Made by a program: the position numbers and the translations under genes. Positions 56,760 to 64,000 of a DNA stretch of 64,000 bases are shown piece by piece. The stretch spans positions 248,001-312,000 of the forward strand of contig JANHCV010000003.1 of the NCBI GenBank assembly GCA_025594325.1, in the 5' to 3' direction. The stretch comes from Blastocladiella emersonii ATCC 22665 (Eukaryota; Fungi; Blastocladiomycota). Numbering within the stretch: position 1 is the stretch's first letter; every line of letters starts with the position of its first letter. Below the pieces are notes generated by a model. It did not search any database, was not told the DNA's origin, and saw only the letters and a program-made list of their open reading frames with translations.

Positions 56760-59700
56760 ATGGATCCTACATCAAATTTGGCGACGCAGGGTGGAATGCT
56801 GCCGGCGCGGTCCTCGACCAGCATGGCCTCAATGGCCGCGTCCGCCGAAGCGCTAGACCGCATCGAGGACCTGCAAGTTCTCGACAAGGAGGTGGACCGG
56901 GTATGCTACTGCCCTGCACGTTCGCACTACATCCGCTCGGACAACTGAGTCATTGAGAAACGAACGTAGATCAAGCGCGACATTGAGAACCTCCTCGGGC
57001 ACCGAGCCAAGGAGGGCGCCAAACACGACGGCAAACGATACCGCATGTCCATTGTCCCAAGGATAGAGTACGTTCGAGACCAAATCGGTTCTCCAGCCGA
57101 TTTCTAACTCCGCGCCGCGTCACGCCCAGGATTCTCTCACAGTACCAGGAGATTCGCGACGCCAAGCTCGCCGAGGTCACGCACGTGTCTACGCCATCAC
57201 GGGTCGCTACCGGCTGGGACACGATGCGCAAGGATGTACGTTTGCCGGACCACGTTTGCGGACCCGAGCTGATCTCCCGTTCCGAGTAGATCGAGACGCT
57301 TTGGGCCGTCAACGAGCCGTTCCGCCCCAAGAACCTGCCCGTGACCCTCATCAAGTTCTTCCGGGAACGGATACACGGCCTCATGGAGGAGAAGCAGATG
57401 CTGCTCCATCGCGCTCGCACTATCGGCCAAGACGAGCAGAACCTCGCAAAGTACCGCATCTCGCTCGTCCAGCACTTCGACGCGGTCGAGCAGACGCTCG
57501 CCGACGCCGTCGAGCGGTACGACCGGCTCATGACCGCCGGCTACATGGTCCCGGGCAAGCCGGGCAAGGTACGCGCTGGTGCCGTCCTGAAGGTCGCTGC
57601 TTCTAACGTCAAATCGCCTCGCTAGGGTCACGCCAAGGGAGCAGTATCGCACTCGGCCGATTCCAAGCGTGCGCTCGAGGCCGTCGAGACGGACGACATC
57701 AAGCTGCTCGCGCAGTACCGCGCGCGGACGCTCCGCGCGAGCCGCGACTTTGACACGTTTGTCGCACGCGTGCAGGTACACTGCTTTCGTTGGAGCAAGC
57801 ATGTATCGTTGACTGACTTCCCGCCCACGCGCGCGAGTAGAACCTCTCGAGCACCGACGTGGAGGAAATCGCGTCGCTCATCCGCGAGGAACGCGACCAG
57901 CCGAGCCCGTATCGGTACGTCGCCTCGCGCCTTCTCATCTCGTTCGCTCACGCTGACTCGAGTCATGTAGCACCTCGTTACCGCAGAAGCAACCCATCGC
58001 CGACGACTTCCTCGCCGATTTCGAGAGTCTCGCGACGTGGTTCAGTCTCGACACGTCCATCGAGGCCGAGGACGGGCGCGCCTTCGCCTACGCCGTCGAC
58101 CGTCTGTTCCAGCGCCGGTACACGCAGCTCAAGCTCGCGCCCAACCCAGTCGAGCTCACACCGCCGCCGGTGCAGACGCTCGGCGACGCCATGGTCAACG
58201 CGCTCGACGCTGAGGACGAGCCGCGCATCGTGGCCCTCGAGCACATTCCGATCAAGGTCGTCAAGGCGACGTGGCTCGACGATGTCCAGAACCATTTCGG
58301 TGAGCTGCGCGACACGGACATGGCGACGCAGAAGGTATGCACCATCTTGCTCCCTGAATCCGTTACCCGCCGTACTCACCGAGACTCTGGCGAACCGTAC
58401 AGCACGAGCGCATCGACTTCCAGCTCCGCTACGAGTACGACCTAATCGCTTCCGACAACCAGATCAACGCCAAGGACCACCTCCAGATGACGCTCAAGTA
58501 CTACACCGAGGAGACCATGCAGCAGGTCGACCGCGACCTGCTCGGCGACGACGACGGCAACAACAAGCCGTCCAAGCAGATCCACGCCCACCCCAAGTCG
58601 AACCCGTCCTCGGCGTCGCTCGGCATCAACCAGTCGGGCGGCGCCGCTCACCTTCACTCGGCCAGAACGCGCTCGTCGGACCCGAGCCAGCAGGGCACGC
58701 TCCTCGGCATGCTCGTGCCCAAGTCCGAGGGCGGCACCGTCCAGATGACGGCCAAGCGCCAGCAGCTCGTCGAGATCAAGAAGATGGCCGACGACCCGCT
58801 CTCGGCGCAGGTCATCGACGTTCTGGGCCCAAAGTCGCCAGTCCGTTCGCTCGTTTGCTTGCCGCGAAATGGCCTCACTGACGCCCTGCTCCGCGATACG
58901 TAGGATAATGTGGGCTCCATCTTCTCGCCGCATGAAGTACACGCGTTCCTGCAGCTCCGGTTCCTCAAAACCCGCGAGCTGCGCATGATCCTGCTCCGGC
59001 AGCTCAACTTCTTCCGCTCCGTCGAGCGCCGGCTGGTCCAGGACCTCCAGGACCTGCCGTGGCAGGCCGACGAGACGCTCGACCCCATGTCGTTCGAGAC
59101 AGGCGCGCCATTACGCGACCTCAGCAGGTACGTTCATCCGCAGCACGAGTTCTTCCAGCGCTCGTTCACACTCACCACTTTTTGTAGCTTCGTGTACAAG
59201 CGCAACGTCGACCTCGCGCAGACCCTCGAGAACCACACGCTCAACCGGCTCGCGCGCGACGACACGCGGACGATCCACCACCGGCTCGTGTACCTGAGCA
59301 ACGACGAGGGCCAGAACATCATCTACGACGTGTCGTATGCGGACCTCAAAACGGTCGAGGCGCGGCTGATGCGCATGGCGTCGGCCATGATCAACCGCAA
59401 CGCCAAGGAGAGCGAGGACCACCGCGACGACTTCTTCATGGAGCACGCGCGGCTCAAGCTGCGCGACCACAAGGACATCATGGACGTGTCGTTTGCGGCG
59501 CCCGAGATTGACCGCCAGCAGATGCTGCTCGAGCTGTTCGAGTCCGAGGTCAAGCTCAACGAGCGCAAGATGATGCTCGTCAACGCGCTGCTCGAAATGT
59601 ACGAGCACGTCTCGTGGCCGACGCACCGCCGCGCCCTCGTCCACCGCGCCGTCCAGATCATGTGCATGCCGCGCGTCCACGACCAGTCCGAGGAGTCGCC

Positions 59701-62700
59701 GCTACGCGCCGTCGCCCTCCAGATGAAGGCGCTCGAGGCGCAGGAGCAGCTCGTCGTCGAGGCCCTCAACCACGCCATCTCGCAGCAGTGCGCCGTCGAC
59801 TGGGGCAACTTCAACTTCCACCACGGCTCCGTCTCGCCCATCCACATCAGCGAATTCGTCATGGGCCTCGGCCCCATGGTCGGCTTGCACCAGCTCGTCG
59901 ACGGCCAGGCCCACGACCTGCACCTCGCGGTCACGTCGACCAAGGACGGGTCCGCGGTCAGCCGCACGCTCGTCGAGTGCGCGGTCTGGCAGCGCGTCCT
60001 CGCGCTGTGGCACGGCGCGGCCGTGACGGGTTTCCTGCTGCCCGAGACCCCGCGCAAGCTGCTGTTCCACTTTGACCTGATCAGCCGCCCCGAGACGGTC
60101 GACCAGCTGCTCGCCGACATCTACACGGCGCAGAACGGGTCGCTCGAGTCGCTCGTGCACCCGATCATGGGCAACACCATGGCGCCGTCGCCCGAGAACG
60201 ACCCGGCGTTCCAGGCGCGCGGCATCGAGTACGCGTCTACGTACGTCGAGCTGCTCGAGGCGTACCACCGGCTCAAGTCGCAGTGGCTCGAGACCCACTA
60301 CCTCCACCAGATTATTCACGCCCAGATCGATATGCTCGGCGTCTCGTCCAAGATCTTCTTCGCCAACCTGTCGCCGCTCCCGTTCGACTTGGCCGAGGCC
60401 GGCGACCTCCACGTACGCTAGCTTGAGTCGATAAGAAGGTTATCACTAACTCCGCTCCCTATCGGCCGCGTAGACCCAGAGCGTCGACCTGTCGGATGAT
60501 GAGGACACGTTCAAGGTCCACCAGCAAAAGGAAAAGGTCCAGGCGCCGACCGCGACGCCGCTCGGCATCACTGAGCTCGACGAGACGTGGGGCAACGTGG
60601 TCCTCGAGTCTATGGCCGTCCTGCGCCAATTCACGACCGGCAGGTCGACCATTCTCCGCGAGGCTCTCCGTGTACGTCATCTTCGCATCCACGTTTCACC
60701 GACCACTGACCACCGTCCCGCGCAGTGCCAAATCCTCGAAAAGTACCTCGCCCTCGCCGTGTGCCAGACCAACCACATCATCTTCAACCGCATCGAGGAC
60801 CGGCTGCGATCCGACGGCGTGCTCTCGTCCGTCTACTCGGGCGACTACACGGCGGTTGCCCTGCTGCCCAACTCGTTCAAGCGCCAGATCCGCCGGCAGA
60901 CGCTGGCCACGTTCCAGGCCGAGTACGTGGCCTTCATCAACGAACTTTGTGCGTAGCTCACATCTCGTACGTGAATCGTAGCTGGAAGAAGATCAGCGTG
61001 ACCGCGGCCAACCCGGTCGAGGACAAGATCCAGGCCAAGGCGCGCGCCATCGCCTTCTACGGCCACCACCTCAGCGGGCTTCTGCAGGAGCAGGCATCGC
61101 GGATCCACCTCATCAAGATCCAGCGGTGCCTGCCCGCGGGCACGCTGTCTCCCGCCTCCGCCGCTCGCCCGGCCATCATGCTGTCCAAGGCCGACACCGA
61201 GAGCGCGTCGCGCGGCACCAGCAACGTCGGTGGCGGGAGCGGCGGCGGCGACGAGTCGAGCAACCAGGCGCCCGAGTCCATGGTCGACATTGACCGCGGC
61301 AAGTACCTGCGGATCTGGTGCACCATGACGGCGCACGAGGTGCTGGCGCTGCACCACCGCGCCAAGTTCCCGGACCAGGAGCTGTCGGGGGCGTGCTCGC
61401 CCGTGTTCGCCAAGCTGGTCCAGGTGTACTCGCTGCTGCGCGAGATCATGCGGCTGTCGTACGCGCTCGGCGACCACCTCAACGAGCGCGGTGAGGAGAC
61501 GTCGCGCCAGCTGCTGCTCGCCATCAAGAAGGAGGTGCTCAACTTCGGGTCGCCCGTCGCCATGGACAAGCTGCTCGCGTATTTCGCGCACCGGTGGACC
61601 GTGCTGCGGCTCCGGCTCACCATGTCCCTGCTCTCGTCGTCGTACTGCCTGCTCGTCTCGCCCACACTCGCGCCCACCATGGCGCCGTTTTTCGCGCTGC
61701 ACCAGTACTACCGCCGCATCGCCAGCTACCCGCGGCCGCCCGCGCCCGTCCTGCCGTTCGGAATCCCGCTCGATATCAGCTTCCGGTCCAGCGCCATGGA
61801 GCAGTTGTCGCTCACGGACCGCAAGATCTGCAGCGAGCGATTCAACGAGGTACGTGTCTCCTCCGCGTTCGATGAGGCCGCAACCAACGCCCTGGCTTCG
61901 TGTAGCTCGAGGCGTTCCTGGAGGACATCTTCCACCAGTCGAACCTCGAGAGTCTGGCGGTCGAGAGCGCGCTGATCAACCAGACCGAGTACCTGAAGAT
62001 GGTCTCTCGGCTGCTGCAGCTGCGCTTCGAACTGCTGTCGGTGACCGCGAAACGGCGGCCGTTCCAGTACTCGCAGGTGTCGACGTTCGTGTCCGTGTAC
62101 AAGACGCAGGTGATCTCCACGGCGTACCGCGAGTTTGTGGCGAACCAGCGGCGCAAGGGGTCGCACATCGAGGACGTGACGGCGACGCGCAACGCGCAGA
62201 TGGAGTTCGAGAAGTGCCAGGTCAGCGCGCTCCGCCAGACGCTGCTCCTCGCCTACACGCGCGCCATGGTCCGCAGCCTAAGGTCCGTGTTTGACCTGCT
62301 TGTCGACGAGCGCACCGACGCCCTGTTCGCGCACCGCGAGGCGTTCACGGTCCCGCGCCCGTACATGGTCCAGGCGTACCCGGTCGAGCTCCACGCGAGC
62401 GATTTCTCGCACAAGGCCGCGCTGTTCGACGACTTTAACTATGAGTTGTACGCGTGCTCGCTCAAGACGACGGTGCGTCAGCTTCCATGGCTGTTGAGGT
62501 TGTAACTGACCTCGTGTGTGTAGGCCGCGCTGATCCAAGCGTGTCGTGACAAGGGCCGCGTGATCCTCGACGAGCGGACGGCCACGGTCGAGGTCGACAC
62601 GAACGTGCACTTTGTGGTCCGGCGCGAGTTTCTCGCGCAGGCGGTGCGTCCTCTTGTAACCATCCTCGCTCACGGCCATGATGGCTGACGCGGCGACACG

Positions 62701-64000
62701 CATAGCTTGCGACGCTCTCGACCAAGCTCACGGCGTGGAACCAGATCAAGTGGAAGGAGTTTGACGAGTTCTACTCGAACCTGCACTCGCTCACGCTCGA
62801 CCTGCTCACGCGCCAGCGCAACCTGCTCGAGAGCTACTCGATTGAGCAGTCGCTCACGGCCGGCGTGCGTCCCGCCCCCGTCCCCACCCGCGACCCGCCA
62901 CTGACCTCAGCCACCGACACCGTGCGTAGGCCTACGAGCGCGACGTGCGCCTCGGCGCGTCGATCAAGGCGTCCGAGATCTTTCTCGAGCTATCGACGAT
63001 CGGCTCCGAGCTGGCCGAGCTCAAGAAGGCGCGGCGGACCGAGGAGAAGCTGATCCGGGCGCGCGTCCGGCAAGAGTACGAGGAGCTCGTCGGCGAGCTG
63101 TCGTCGCAGATTCACAAGCTCAAGGCGCGGTTCACCGAGTTCCGCATCAACTCGGTCGACGAGGCGCTGTCGGCGCTCAGCGAGGTCAAGAAGGACGACC
63201 TGCTCGCCTTCATCAACAAGGACTACCACGCCAAGGCGCGCGAGACGGGGAACACGATCATCTCGCTGCAGGAGACCATCGACGAGATCCGCAGCGACAA
63301 CGCGGAGCTCAAGCAAGTGGCACGTTTTCGCGGTGGTCGGTGGCCATGGTCTCGTCGACTGACCACTTTGCCCGCGCTCCCTCCCACAGATGTCCAAGCT
63401 CAAGTCCATGTACGCGCTTAAGTCGATGACGTCGCGGTCCGTGTACGCGAAGCGGGTCGCGCACCTGATCGAGGAGAAGCGCGTGGCCGAGGAGCGCCTG
63501 TGGGAGAGCTACCGCGACTCGGAGGCGCGCGAGCGCGTCCTGCGACGCAACCTGATCAAGTGCCAAAAGGACCTGGTCTCGATCCAGACCCAGCACGACT
63601 CGCTCAAGCGCGCCATGCGCGAGGAGCAGCGCGCCAAGGAGCTCCTGCAGAAGGCCCTGTCGGTGCACGTGTCCGAGAACAAGTCGGCCATGGAGATGGC
63701 CAGCCTGCGCAAGGTCGAGAACTTTACCCGGTTCGAGTTCGAGCGCATCCTCGACGAGAACAAGCGGCTGTCCGAGGAGTGCGGCGCCCTCAAGCTCGAG
63801 GTCGCGCGCCTCCAGAACATCATCCAGGCCCAGGAGTGGCGCACGGCTACCAAGCAGCGGCTCCGCATGTCCACGTCGCGCCCATCGTCGCCGAGCCCGC
63901 TGTCGCCAAACATGGCCGCCGCGTCCATGGCCACCGCTGCGTCGCCCACCCCCGAACCGCTCGCGATGCCGCACCTCACCTCGACCTCGCTCCCGCCAGC
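56760..64000 (+). CDS. Large multi-exon coiled-coil protein, CCDC162/DUF4549-like, 3'-partial
   Basis: Many GT-AG-separated exons with strong coding bias. NLPVTLIKFFRERIHGLMEEKQMLLHR and C-terminal YEELVGELSSQIHKLKARFTEFR recall the CCDC162 family; the assignment is from memory of the family pattern only. Confidence 0.55.

Overview
A GC-rich eukaryotic window with short GT-AG introns (often GTACGY...CTGAC/CTAAC...YAG). The gene content (CatSper-type channel, CHASE histidine kinase, PAS-guanylate cyclase, fungal-type NDUFA1) suggests a flagellated early-diverging fungus, perhaps Blastocladiomycota-like; this is inference. The backbone holds conserved genes: a bHLH factor, RPP1, a hybrid histidine kinase, a CobW/G3E GTPase, NDUFA1, a formin, a RING-H2 ligase, YAF9, MRF1, IMP4, a PAS-guanylate cyclase, TSC13, three tandem 7TM genes, a CatSper-like channel and a CCDC162-like gene running off the right end. 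Two accessory islands with less biased composition interrupt it (~23.9-38.8 kb and ~50.95-56.7 kb). The most notable feature is a Fanzor1-type (eukaryotic TnpB-derived, RNA-guided) nuclease frame on the minus strand at 51741-53168. It keeps the RuvC D/E/D triad, the Fanzor-style relocated Glu and a CxxC/CxxC Zn finger, appears 5'-truncated, and is followed by ~240 nt of hairpin-rich sequence that is a candidate omegaRNA/right end. Both islands also carry one copy of an odd spliced gene that joins a Gag-like N-terminus to USP7/Ubp15-like UBL1-2 domains with no protease domain. The first island further has a near-identical 350-bp direct repeat, a decaying F-box-like cluster, and a four-helix-bundle/EF-hand/DM9-repeat protein that resembles an immune or cell-death sensor. 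All family assignments come from motifs recognised by eye; no database searches were run.
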